Assembly: GCF_036321535.1 (NCBI RefSeq)
Contig: NC_087436.1
Span: forward strand, 11,966,001 to 12,030,000
Direction of reading: 5' to 3'
From: Camelus dromedarius
Lineage: Eukaryota
Length of the DNA stretch: 64,000 nt
Part shown: positions 38,983 through 50,436 of the stretch, piece after piece
How positions within the stretch are numbered: the first letter of the stretch is position 1
Layout: each line of letters starts with the position of its first letter
Position numbers and translations under genes: made by a program
Notes under the pieces: model-generated
What the model was told of the DNA's origin: nothing
The model's input: only the letters and a program-made list of their open reading frames with translations
Database searches by the model: none

Positions 38983-41860
38983 CTTTAAATAAAGAAACAG
39001 GGCTCAAAGGGCATAATCTCCATCTGCCTAATGGGCTGCTGTTCCCCTCTCTTTGAGGGGTGGCAGGGGTTTCTTCCAGGCCATGCAGATTCAAGTAGCC
39101 CTTAGGTGGCGGCTGACACTGCCTGCAGGATCCGGCAGAGACCGGCTTTCTAGTGATGAAGGAGCCCACTGAGCCCCAGGCTTTTCTCCCCTTGATCCTT
39201 TCTCATTCTCCCCTAACACTCTATCTCTTGGGACTCGAGAAGATCCACCAAGGGGACCACTTGGACATCCAAACTAAGACCATGTGGCAAGTAATCGGCA
39301 ACCTGGTTGAGCGAACTTCCCCTCTGTGGTTCCTTGAGCCTAATTCCGCTTTCCTATGTGGTCTTAGTCTCAGTCAGGTTCCAGGATCTGGAACCACGAA
39401 AGGGGGCCCAAATTAGGAGACTCTGGTATTTCCCCTTTAAAAAGTTGCAGCCCGACCCTCCCCGAGTGCCCTCCAGGCGTAAGGCCACATTGCATCTGTA
39501 GACTGGAATTGCAGGCAGGCACTCCCTTTGCAGATCACGTTTTTTTTTTGCACCCCTGAGTGAGAGTTGCCAGCAAGCACTCTCTCCACGGGTCAGGGGT
39601 TTTTGCACCCCTGGGTGGGGTCATGGGTTTATGCACCCTTGAGTGGGTGTCACAGGCAAACACTCCCTTCACGGGTCACGGGTCTTGGCACCCCTCTTGC
39701 GGTCGTGGTTTCATTACACCCCTGAGTGGGAGTTGGGGCGGGCACTCCCTCAGTGGGCCCACGGAGCTCTGATCTAGGAAGCGCTGTGTACACCTTCCTG
39801 TCAACTCGCTTCTCCTCTGGGAAGCATCTTGGCTGTCCACCTTCCCTCTGTGCCCTGGATTTCTCTTACATCCTCCTCCGTCCTGGCTCCTCAGACTGAC
39901 TGTCTGTTGATACCTGAGGCTCATTTTCACTGCCTTGTTGCGCTCTAGCCCTGCCTTTTGGCTCTATTTGTTTCCCATTCTTTTGCAGAAGATAATCCAC
40001 TTAGTTGACTCAGGCCTAGGCCTTCTCCCTCCCTCTCTGAAAGATTAGGCCATGGAGCTGTGGTCACTTTTTCCAGCTGCATCATTGAACCACAAAAAGA
40101 AGGTAAACAGGAGAAGTCCTGTATGTCCAAGTGTCCCTGACCTGATTCCAAGGCTCAGGTTTAAGGAACTCCTGCTGGGAATGCCTGCCTCCCACCCCTC
40201 CAAAGCGTCTTTTACAGGAGCTCAGTGTTTCAGATGACCCCGTACAGGTTCACCTCCCCGAGGGCCACAGCCGGGAACTTTCACCTCCCCTGACCTGAGG
40301 GGGGACGGTCTTCCCAATCATCTACCCCTAAGGCTCCTTCTGGGCAGCTGGGGACCCCAGACCCCCATGAATCAGCTTATGGATTTGGCTTTTGGAGTAT
40401 TTAACAATAGAGACAGTGTTAAAGAGGCAGAAAGGATTCAGGGACAACAGCAAAAGGCACAGTTTTTAGCGGCAGCCCTAACTCCTGCATCACCTCAGGG
40501 TTACCTGCGCTTGTGAAGACGCATGGCAAGGACAAGATCCAGGACGCCTGAATCAGAGCCACTGTCTTGCTGAGAAGGGACCTGTTTTAAGTGCAGCCAG
40601 GAGGGGCAACTACAAGGATGAATGCCCCATGTTTGGGAAAAGTCCATCAGGACCCTGCCCCATATGCAAACAAAAAGGCCACTGGAAGAGGGGCTGCCCC
40701 AGGTCTGGAAGAGGGGGCTCCCAAACCAATGATGGCTGAGCTGACTGAAGACTGATGGGGCCCAGGAACTCCCTGGTTCCCAAAGGACACCTGGTCATTT
40801 CTCTAGAGAAGACTTCGGTAACCCTTGACGTGGCAGGTAGAAAAGTGTTTTTCTTATTAGATGCAGGAACTGGCTACTCTGTGCTGACTGATGTCCCTGG
40901 ACACTTGTCCTCCCAATCCTGTGTAATAATGGGGGTTGACGGAAAGCCCCAAACCAAGTGATTCATACCCCAACCTCCTTTTAGCTGCCTGCTAGAAAAT
41001 CTTACCTTTGCACATCAGTTTCTGCTGGTGGCTGAGTGCCTCATCCCCTCATTAGGAAGGGACCTGCTCGCTAAAGTCCAGACAATAATCCAATATGGAG
41101 ACCCTTACATGAATGACACCCACCAAGAGAAATGTCTGCTCTTGGGCTCTTGGCTTTGGGAGTCTGCCTCAGTCCCAAGCCAGAGGTTCCCTTCCACCCC
41201 ACATTGTTTCTCAAGTGAAACCTGCTGTCTAAACTGAGGTCCCTGACAGTTACTATCATCAGGCTACAGTTAGAAATGGGACCACATGGGGCTCTAGGCA
41301 AGCCTCTCCAGATCAAAGGCCGAACTGAGAACCGTAATTAAAAACTTCTCAGATCCAAAAAGGATTCTCAAAAGTGTTTGTAAGTAGATTGCCAAATGGG
41401 AGGCCATCTACCACTCCCAAAACCTCTCCTACTTATCTTAAGAGACTTACAAGTATTGAGGAAAGATTTTTCCTTTTTCTGGCTTTAAGGGAACAAAGTC
41501 TTTCTAGGAGAAACTTACCTTCCTGTGCCTTTGAGATACAAATATTCTACCTTGTCTTCTCCAGGAACTCTGATCTTACCATCTTTTAAGATGCAAATTT
41601 CAAAAAAGGGAGATTAAATAGTTTGGAACTTTACTTGTTAAGGACAAAGAAAAATTTCGTCTCTTTCTCACAAATATTAGTAAAAAGGTTTAGCCATCTA
41701 GATGGGCAACTTTAATTTGTTTTATCTGCCAGAAACCCAATTTAAACCAAACTTCTTTTGTAAGGAATAGGTTTTACATAGTTATATCTGATTCATGACT
41801 AAAATTTTAAAATGAAAACAGATATAAGTTCTCTGTTTTATATGTTTGTATGTCATAGAT
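38983..41860 (+). mobile_element. ERV1 (class I) internal region: leader, degenerate gag with two zinc knuckles, protease, then MER4-group-like AT-rich non-coding sequence; no RT seen
   Basis: GPQTPMNQLMDLAFGVFNNRD (gag). CFKCSQEG at ~40583 and CPICKQKGHWKRGCP at 40656-40700. Gag stop at ~40753. Protease VTLDVAGRKVFFLLDAGTGYSVLT and IPSLGRDLLAKV. Confidence 0.85.
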
Positions 41861-41869
41861 GCAAGGGTT

Positions 41870-42083
41870 TCCAAATGCAAGTGCTAACCACTATATATAA
41901 AAATAGATAAAAAACAAATTTCTTCTATATAGCACAGGGAACTATAGTCAATATCTTGTAATAACCTATGATGAAAAAGAATATGAAAACGAACATATGT
42001 ACATATATGTATGACTGGGGCATTATGCTGTATGCCAGAAATTGACACATTGTAACTGACTATACTTCAAAAAAAAAAAAAAG
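41870..42083 (+). mobile_element. L1 3' terminus and poly(A) fused to the ERV1 segment
   Basis: tgctaaccactatatataaaaatagat...tatagcacagggaactatagtcaatatcttg...gtaactgactatacttcaaaaaaaa. Confidence 0.9.
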
Positions 42084-43457
42084 AAAAAGTTAATTCCATA
42101 ATTTATAGAGAGGCAGACCTGGGTAAGCTGCAAATACTTATCTGTAAAAGTGCTGTGTGCCACACTCCATATGTCAACAGAGAAATGAGGTTACTTGCCT
42201 CTAAAGAGAGAGAGCTGGGAGGGTGGATGGTGGTTCAGATCAGGGCCCCTGAGTCTGTGTGGCCGAACACAGTGGCTGCAGAGCAGTCATTTTCACAGGA
42301 AAGCAGGCACACATTCTACTGGGCACACACGAAGGTGGTCTCAGGGCCATGAGATCATCAGTAGTTTCACAGAAATCAATTTCCCAGTCTTCAGTTTCCA
42401 TCTTTGGTCATTCCTAATGTGGATGAGTTCGAGGATTTGTAAGCAGGCCCTCCTTTCTCGCCTCTCTTTTCAAAGTCATCCTTTCCACACTTTCCCACAA
42501 AGGAAACGAGGGCACAGTTTTTACCCATCCTCATTCCTACCATGGTGCATCGCCTCGGAGTGGGAAAACCTCTGGAAGGAAATGAAAGAACAGATACATT
42601 GCAGTGGGCAGTGAGAAAGGGAATGACCGACTGCTATGGGCAAACCTTTTGAATTTAATAGTTTCCCAAGTATTGCCTTCAACACAAGTGAAAAAGAACC
42701 TAATCAAGTTATCATATTACATCAAATAATTACTTTTGATAAATAGATCGCCATGAGATTTTTGGCCTGTAACTGAGAAGGAATTTAGAGAACTGAGGAA
42801 CTCTACTGAATTATTTTCATTCCTATCTGTTTTCTAACAAGCTTTTTTTTTTTTTTCCCCCTTTCAGTGTTTCTATTAAATAAGGAAAAGGAGTAATGAA
42901 GCTTAGGCTGGGGTCCACCTCATTCTAGTAATAGATAATATTTATCCTTGACCACATAAATTAATTTTAACAGCCCCATCCATTTTATTAAAAGATGCAT
43001 TTCCAAAAATACTTTTTATAATTAGTAATTATTTATACATTATTTATATGTTGTTTTGATCAGTTATCAACTACTACTAATAATACTGATACCTCAATTG
43101 AGAAAAAATTTTTAAAACTTAGAGACTTGTGATCATAGAAGAAAATTTAAATTTCTCATTTAAATTTCTGTACTTATTCTATGACAGAAAAATGTGATAG
43201 GATGAACAAAAATAGACTTTCAAGCTTAAAACATTATATTTGAATAAAACTCTGTGATGAATGTTGAAAGAAAATATAAATTCAAGAAGAAGATGGGATA
43301 ATGTAAAAATTTTGTATATTAAAGAAGAGATTGTCTTGCATTTTTCAAATGGATTGTGGTTGATGGAGTATCAAATATTCTTGGTAGAAGATTCTATTGG
43401 AACATATAAAAGAGTGATGAAAATGTTTATAATACACTATTTCTTACATCTCTACAA

Positions 43458-43705
43458 CTGGTGGGGTGTATGGTAAGTTTGTAACAAGTACCCCAGAGGA
43501 GAAAAATCCCCCATTTTATAGCATTTTTTGATTTCAATAGTGTAAATATTTCTACAATAGCCAGTTTAAAGGAACAAGTAACAACTTGTGGTTACATACA
43601 ATACAATACAAGTTACAATATAAGTGTGACCACTGAATGGTGAAATTCCTGAAAACTGAACAATTAGCCTCACAAACCTGTACCAGCCAGCTCTAGCACA
43701 TTGCT
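43458..43705 (+). mobile_element. MER63-like (hAT-Blackjack)
   Basis: tggtaagtttgtaacaa...gtgtaaatatttctac...cctgtaccagccagctctagcaca. Confidence 0.6.
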
Positions 43706-43894
43706 TATAATATGATATTGAATGCCAAAATAAAAATGTGTAAAGGCTATCTCATTTTCCAAGTCCCTTCATTTGGAAGCCCTTGCAAACATTTTTATAA
43801 TAAACTTATTTGAAATAAAAATAAGTTCAGTATGTACCCTAAGCCCTTACTTTAAGCATCCACAGTGATCTGATCTTTTTCTTCTATATTGATT

Positions 43895-44065
43895 CCCCAA
43901 ATTAGCTATACCTAAGAATTACCTATAAAACTTTGGGGGAAATAGTAGATTCTAGACTCATACCTACTAAGTCAGACTCTCTAGTGGTGGGGTCCAGTTA
44001 GCTTTGCTCAGCAAGCACCGTGGGTGATCCTGCTGCCAAGCCCAGTACTTCCGCTCCCCTAAGAA
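43895..44065 (+). mobile_element. MER5-like (hAT-Charlie)
   Basis: acctactaagtcagactctctagtggtggggtccag...caagcaccgtgggtgatcctg. Confidence 0.55.
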
Positions 44066-45299
44066 GTTCTGCCCCATAGGATCGGAATAAGAGGATTAAG
44101 AATCGACATAGAAGTCTTCCCTTACTGCTTCCGTGTACAAGTTACACAGCCTCAGCAGGGCTGGCTGTAAGCTTCTTTTGTTAGAGAATTTGGGAAAAGT
44201 TGTGTCATTTTCTCCTATATTGAAATGAATAATGCATTCCTGAGTTCAGTTTTGGAGCAGGGAAATAAGATAGGTCATTTTGGGGATGACAGAAATTCCT
44301 TAATGGTGGTACCTGAGATATTGAGCCGAAGCCAAAGAACATTCCTAGGAGGCATCCCTGCCCCTGAAATTACCCCAGGACCTCCTTTCCTGCCCCTTTT
44401 TTGACTCCCCCCCACCACCACACACAAACGACCACCTTGGGGAGCTGTAAGAATGAAAGGAAATCACGTATCTGAAAGTGCTGTATAGAAGCTAAGGGCT
44501 ATATTTTACATACAGAGAGAACAGAGCATTATTTCAAATGCAAACTGAGATAAAAGAGCAACAGTAAACGTCCATCCCCATGTGTGCACTGTGAGCTCCA
44601 TGCCTAGTTATTGTTAGGACCATGGTGGCTCCTATGAGGTCCTTGACGTTCCTTTTCCATGGGCTCTGTGGTGCCCATTGAAAGGTCTAATCCTGGACTG
44701 TCCTGGGCTTTATTGGGCCTCAGGACCCCACCCATGCTGTTCACCCATCATGTAGGAACTTAGGTGTGTGCCCTCAATATTGCCTATGTCTGTGGATGAT
44801 GATGACTCCACTTCATTTACTACATTATTAGAGGAGAAATATATTATACTTCAGAGAAAACCTTGCTCTCTTCTGCTCCCAGTTTCTTCACTTATCTCTG
44901 GTCCCTGGAGTAGGGTTTTTTTTTTTAATAGATCTCCCATTAATCAATCCAAACACAGGATGAAAGTTGGTTTAACTCCTTCCTGAGAGAGTGAGAATGG
45001 CTCCTCCAGGGCTGCTCAGAGGGGCAGAGCCTCAGCGAACCAGAACCTGACAGCTGGATGGGGTTTTCTACTCGTATTTCTTTTGTCCCTCCCAGGAGGT
45101 CCTTGGAATATAAAGTGCTTACTCATAATCATCATAGGAGGTTATATCCTCATTCAGAGCATATTAAAACATTTGTGTGAGCAATTAGCATTAGACATTT
45201 CTTGCTGAGACACTCCCAGGTGCTAGAGAAGTTGACTTGTTTGCTATGAGAAAACATTACACACTTTAATAAGTTCTGTGCCTTTTGCCTTAATAGCTA

Positions 45300-47005
45300 A
45301 ATGGCTCACAGAATGCGATAAACATGTATAAAAGCAAAGCATAGCATATAATTTAATACCCATGCATTTGTAGCTACAGTAAAACATAACAGATTTATCT
45401 GAAGGCCCTGTTTAGCTCTTCCTAGTCCTAGTCACCTCTTTCCCCCTTAGAGGGAACCACTCTCCTAACGTTGTTTCCTTTTTACGCATGATTTAATTTT
45501 TTTCACTATATGCGTATTTTCCATAAATAATTTGAAGTGATGAAACTTTACATATGTGAAATAATACTGTATATACCAATATGATTTTTTTTTCAGGATA
45601 CTGTTTAAAACTTTTACAAGTAGAGTATGTAGTTTTATATAGTTTAATGTTATTTATCTTTCCTTTTAAATTTCACTTCACACATTTTGGTTTTTAATCA
45701 ACCTCAAATTGATTTTCTGTGTCATGTGAAGCAAGGACCATAATTTGTTCAACATGGAAAATAACTTGTCCTTGAAAAATCTATTAACCAGCCTATCTTT
45801 TCCCGTTGATTTTATCCCACGTCTATAGTATATGGAGTCTCCACACACCTGGGTCTCTGCTCTGTCCCATTGGTGGTCCCCTTCTGTGCCAGTCCCACAC
45901 GGTCTCATTTACCCTAGTTGTACTTGGACTCTAGACTTAATAGTCTTAATAACTGATAGGCAACTCCTTCCTCTTCAAAATTATCTTAGTTATTCTCGGT
46001 CCTTTATTCTCCTATATGAATTTTACCATCACATTTTGAAGTTTTGCACATATTCTTACTAGGATTTTTAGTAGAATTGCATTAAATTGTAGAACAATTT
46101 TAGAGGAATCAATACCTTTAGACAGTTGAATTTTCTATCTAAGTAGGACTACTTTTATGTCCTATTTTTAAAATTTATTATTTATTTTATTATATCTTGT
46201 TTTTTCTTTATTGTTATTTTATTTGTTCTATTATATCTTATTGTATTATTTATTTTATTATATGTATTATTTACTTATTTATTATTTATTTTATTATATC
46301 ATATTTATTTTATTAAATCTTGTTATTTATTTTATTATTTTAATATATAATATATTATATTATTATTTATGTTATTATATCTTGCACAGCAGATGTTTGG
46401 ATTTATTTCTGTATACTTCAGGCTTATTTTGCTACTGTCATTGTTTTTTTCTTCCACCAGCAAAATTTATTTTACTGTCCTGCGTCTGATAAACCGTTTC
46501 AATTTGAGTCTTGTGCCCAACCTAGAAAATTTTTCTTTGGTTCCCTTATTTTATTGTCCTGGTTCTATCTTTCTGAAATTTCGTTAGACAGAGGAAGTTG
46601 AGCTCATATTCATTCCCCATGTCCCTTAGTTCTTCAAGTTCTTTGTCTTTTCGCTCTATGTTTTAGAAAATTTTCATGAGTTTATCTTCCAGATTATTAA
46701 TCTAGTCCTGAGGGATGATTATTTCAGGATTTGGCTGATGGAGGTACTAGATGTTTGATATCAGTGCTCATGTATTTGCTTTCCAAGAACTCATTCTCCT
46801 TTTATGATTGTTCTTATTTTATTACCAGACTTTATTTTTCCTTTTATAGATTAAGTATTCTCTTGTATCCCGGAGGGGGCTATTAAGAGTATTTTAAATT
46901 TCTCTCTGTTCCCTGCATTTCTTTTTCTTCGGGCTCAGGCATTCTGCTTATTGATCTTTGTTGTTTCCTTTGCTTTTTCTCAAATATCTTTTTGTCCCTT
47001 ATGTT
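45300..47005 (-). mobile_element. Old L1M/L1ME-type fragments with an embedded AT-rich low-complexity tract
   Basis: Pyrimidine-rich degenerate L1-like sequence (ccttagagggaaccactctcct, gtagaattgcattaaattgtag). Confidence 0.5.
46165..46385. repeat. AT-rich low-complexity (TTATT/TTAT)n tract
   Basis: Directly visible. Confidence 0.9.
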
Positions 47006-47009
47006 TTAC

Positions 47010-47095
47010 TATGATGAAGATTAAATGAGTCAGTACTTATAAGCTGCTTAGAACAGGGCCTGGCACATAGCACGTGCTTTATTAATGTTAGTAGT
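47010..47095 (+). mobile_element. MIR 3' fragment
   Basis: gaagattaaatgag...gcttagaacagggcctggcacatag. Confidence 0.75.
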
Positions 47096-47149
47096 TTTTG
47101 TTAATTATGTCATTATCTCAATAACAACATAAATTAGGCTCCAATACTC

Positions 47150-47314
47150 TTTTTTTTTTTTATTGCTGTGTGATTGACACACAGCATTATATTAGCTTCA
47201 GGCATTTAATGCAGTGCTTCAGTATTAGTATAAATCATGAGATAATTTCCACAGTACATCCAGTTAACATCCGTCACTGCTCATAGTTACACATTTCTTT
47301 CCCTTGTGATGAGA
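47150..47314 (-). mobile_element. L1MA9-like 3' terminus
   Basis: poly(T), then attgctgtgtgattgacacacagcattatattag...gttaacatccgtcac...catagttac. Confidence 0.65.
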
Positions 47315-47323
47315 CCTATTATT

Positions 47324-47586
47324 ATTATTTTTTAAATTTTTAATAGACTTTATTCTTTTAGAGCAGTTTCAGGTGCACAACAGAACTGAGCAGAAAATAT
47401 GGAGTTCCCACATAGCCTCCCCCTTTGCACATACACACTCCCCTACCCTCAACATCCCTCATCAGTGTGGCATATTTGGTACAATCGATGAGCCAACATG
47501 GGCATATTATTACCAACCAAAGTCCACAGTTTACATTAGGGTTCACTCTTGATGTTATACATTCTATGGGTTTTGACAAACGCATA
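47324..47586 (-). mobile_element. L1MC1-like 3' terminus with perfect 15-bp TSD
   Basis: tagagcagtttcaggtgcacaacagaactgagcagaaaata...ccacagtttacattagggttcactcttg. TSD atgagacctattatt at 47309-47323 and 47587-47601. Confidence 0.8.
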
Positions 47587-48279
47587 ATGAGACCTATTAT
47601 TCTTAAAAGAACACTCCCCTGAGAAAATTACCTACTTGCTTTTGAAAGCAGTTCTCAGGGATTAGCCTACACATAAAGACTGCTGTTCTGCTTAGTGGGA
47701 GAGTGAGGGGGAACAACCAAGGCAAAGCTGTTAGAATGTCTTTTTAATTCTTTACTTTGAAATATCATCGAAACTTCTGGTAGTTTTTTTTTTCTATGTG
47801 GTTTATTGGCCCCCCTTTCTCCAGACTAGTTCTCCTTCAGTTGTACCAACTTGCTGTTCATCTTTCAGCAATTCCTCGTTTTTTGATTTCCTTATTTCAC
47901 CCTTTCTCATGTTTAAATAAAGTTGTAGATTTATCCCTTATCAAAAGCCTTTCGTCATCCCAAGAATTATGCTGCAGGAAGTGAGACAAAATTATGTTTC
48001 TCCCATAAATTTGACTCAAATGCTGTTCTTTGGATTTTGCATCAAGAAAAACTGTGAGCGATCTTGGTGAGAGCATGTTCGATGACTTAATGGAAGGGAT
48101 GCAGACCACAGAGGGCTGAGGAGTGAGTAGTGGTTGCACTGGACAGTGGTAGCATTTCCAAATTCGACTGTCGCTGGCTATTTGACACTTGACGTGTGTC
48201 TCTGTGTAACAGATGCAATAGAAATAATCATGCGCTGTTCCAGCAGAACCGTGCAGGGCAGCACGTGCTCCACGGTGCT

Positions 48280-48470
48280 GGAAGGGCAGATCTTGTACAG
48301 AGAGTACAGGGCCCAGGAGGCTGGGGGTTCTAGTCCCAACACCTGTTCAAACACAGATTTGTTAAGTTGCCTTGAGTAAATTACTTTAGCTTCTCTATAG
48401 AATATTATTTCCTGTCTCCTGCCCACCTCAGAGTTGCTCTGTGAGGATTCATTAAGCAAAGCACTTAAGG
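48280..48470 (+). mobile_element. MIR
   Basis: gggttctagtccc...ccttgagtaaattacttta...cctcagagttgctctgtgaggattca. Confidence 0.6.
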
Positions 48471-48564
48471 TTTTTTTTTTTTTTGGTTCAAATGTGTACA
48501 ATCTGTCAAGGTTACACAGTGACAGGCCTCTCACTGCCAGTGACCAAGAACACCTTCTCTAAGC

Positions 48565-48750
48565 CAGTGCTTCTGAGAGAGCCACGGCCCACCTACATGT
48601 ACATCGCCTGGGTTTCATTGTTAAAAAGATTCCTGAGCTGCAGCCCAAACCTACTGAATCAGAATTCATCTGTGGATGGGCCTGATCATCAGCAGTTTCC
48701 AGTCCTTCTGTGCGTCTCACCCAGGGCCAAGGTTGGAAGACCTCTGCTCT
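48565..48750 (+). mobile_element. MER5A/B-like (hAT-Charlie)
   Basis: cagtgcttct...gattcctgagc...acctactgaatcagaattc...aaggttggaagacctctg. Confidence 0.65.
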
Positions 48751-49098
48751 AGGGCAGGGAGCTCTCTACACCTGCCAGCAAAAGAGCCGGGTCATGTTCT
48801 CCTCAGGTTTACATCTATTTCTATGTCAAAGGACAACCACAACTTAAATTTTTTATGATTTTTTAATCAGCGTAATTAGGATGCTCTTAACAGCAAACTT
48901 TCTGGGGGAAATGGGCTTGCTCTGAAGCCCACACTGAGGGTGAGATATCAAAGTGTGGGCGACAGTCACACATTTCTTTCACCTTCATCTTGGAACATAT
49001 TGCTACCACCTCAGATACAGTTTTCAAGTCGTACATTGAGTCCTTTTCCCCTCAGTTATCTGCAGGGGTAAGAAGGAAGTCAAGTCTCCAGATCCTTC

Positions 49099-49657
49099 TG
49101 TTACCTTAAAAGGGGAAGGGAAAAAGACCCCAGTTTTGTCATATCCGAAAGATAAGAATGTGAATGGGAGATGGTGTGTTGTGTAGCAAAAGATTTTAAA
49201 GGATTTATTAGCAAAGGGAAAGCACCCCTCCAAGAACGGGAGGCGGGCTGATCCCAGGGCAGGTAGCAGTGGTCTCTGTTTGCCCCCTTCTCTCACACCC
49301 TCGCTTAGAGGGGGTCTCTTGGTTGGTTGATGGCTCTTGCCCTCAGAGTGCTTGGTCACGCTTGTCCCCTTTTGTGCATGTCCTCACCCTTGAGGCACAG
49401 AGAAAAACCCGTGGCGGGAGGGAGGCACTAAACTGCAGTGCTAATTTTATTACTATGAGCATTGGGTCATGTCTGCTCAGGTCCTTGTCACTCCTGGACA
49501 GTTGCAGCTGTCGGGTTTTAACCAGTTTCTTGCTGGCTCTCATTTAGAGGCGGTAAAGCCCCTTTATGCTGAAGGCGGACATACCACAATCTTCCAGACC
49601 GTCCTCCCTTCCTCCACCTTATCTGCCTGATGTCCCCACATACCTAACTACCTAACA
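49099..49657 (-). mobile_element. ERV1 solo LTR (559 bp) with 4-bp TSD
   Basis: TGTTA...TAACA termini. TSD cttc at 49095-49098 and 49658-49661. On - it starts tgttaggtagttagg and has AATAAA at 49204-49209. Confidence 0.85.
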
Positions 49658-50377
49658 CTTCCGTCTGTCACTGCAGACAAATGGTAGGAGAGAGGGAAAC
49701 TACACTGGCCAAACAAAACTGTAAAAGAGGCCCAGCCTTAGAAATCCGAGGAGAGCCAACGGTTCTACTGAGACCTTTCGACATAAGAAGCCTGGAGACT
49801 GGGACCATGCAGACACGCAGAGGAAATCCTGTTCACTGCCACAGGATCAGTCCTTGGAACCAGGGCTCTGCCCATGGCGCCCTGAGCGACTGGGGGCCGT
49901 GCCCTCTGGGTGGTGGTCAGAGCAGCAGAGGGTCCCCAGGCCCAGCTCGCCTCCTTCCTGCCCGGCTCCCTCACTGGTGGGTGAGGGACAGGGCTGTACC
50001 CACCAGGAAGGTCTTTCAGTTTTAACATGAAAGGAAAAACTGTAAACCGAGTGTCCACACACCTTGGTGAATATCTTCTGTCACATATTTCATAAGTTTG
50101 GTTTTGACACAATTGATTCCACGATATCAAGTGACTGAAAAAAAATCTCTTTTTCACTAAATGAGAAGTTTCTTTGAAATAATTATATTCAATTTATTGT
50201 TTTTAAGGGTAAAAAAAAAAACCCCTCATGGAATTTGCATTCTACAAACTGTCTAACTGAATTTTTTCTTTTGCCAGAAGAATGACACCAACTTGAAAGA
50301 AAAACCTTTGTAGACACTGTCTCTTTAGCATCCTGTCAAAATCTTTACAAATGTGGTAATGAGGTCACTGGTATTTT

Positions 50378-50436
50378 TTTTAAATTATTTTTTTAATTGA
50401 AGTATAGTCAGCTACAATGTGTTAATTTCTGGTGTC
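50378..50436 (-). mobile_element. Minimal L1 3' terminus (~60 bp)
   Basis: tttaattgaagtatagtcagctacaatgtg. Approximate TSD tcactggtatttt / tcattgatatttt. Confidence 0.7.

Noticed and set aside
39505..39749. CRISPR-like repeat-spacer array
   Set aside because: Eukaryotic context, degenerate irregular units inside an ERV leader, and no cas genes.
46211..46489. Hydrophobic Tyr/Leu/Ile-rich 92-aa ORF
   Set aside because: Translation of an AT-rich low-complexity tract.
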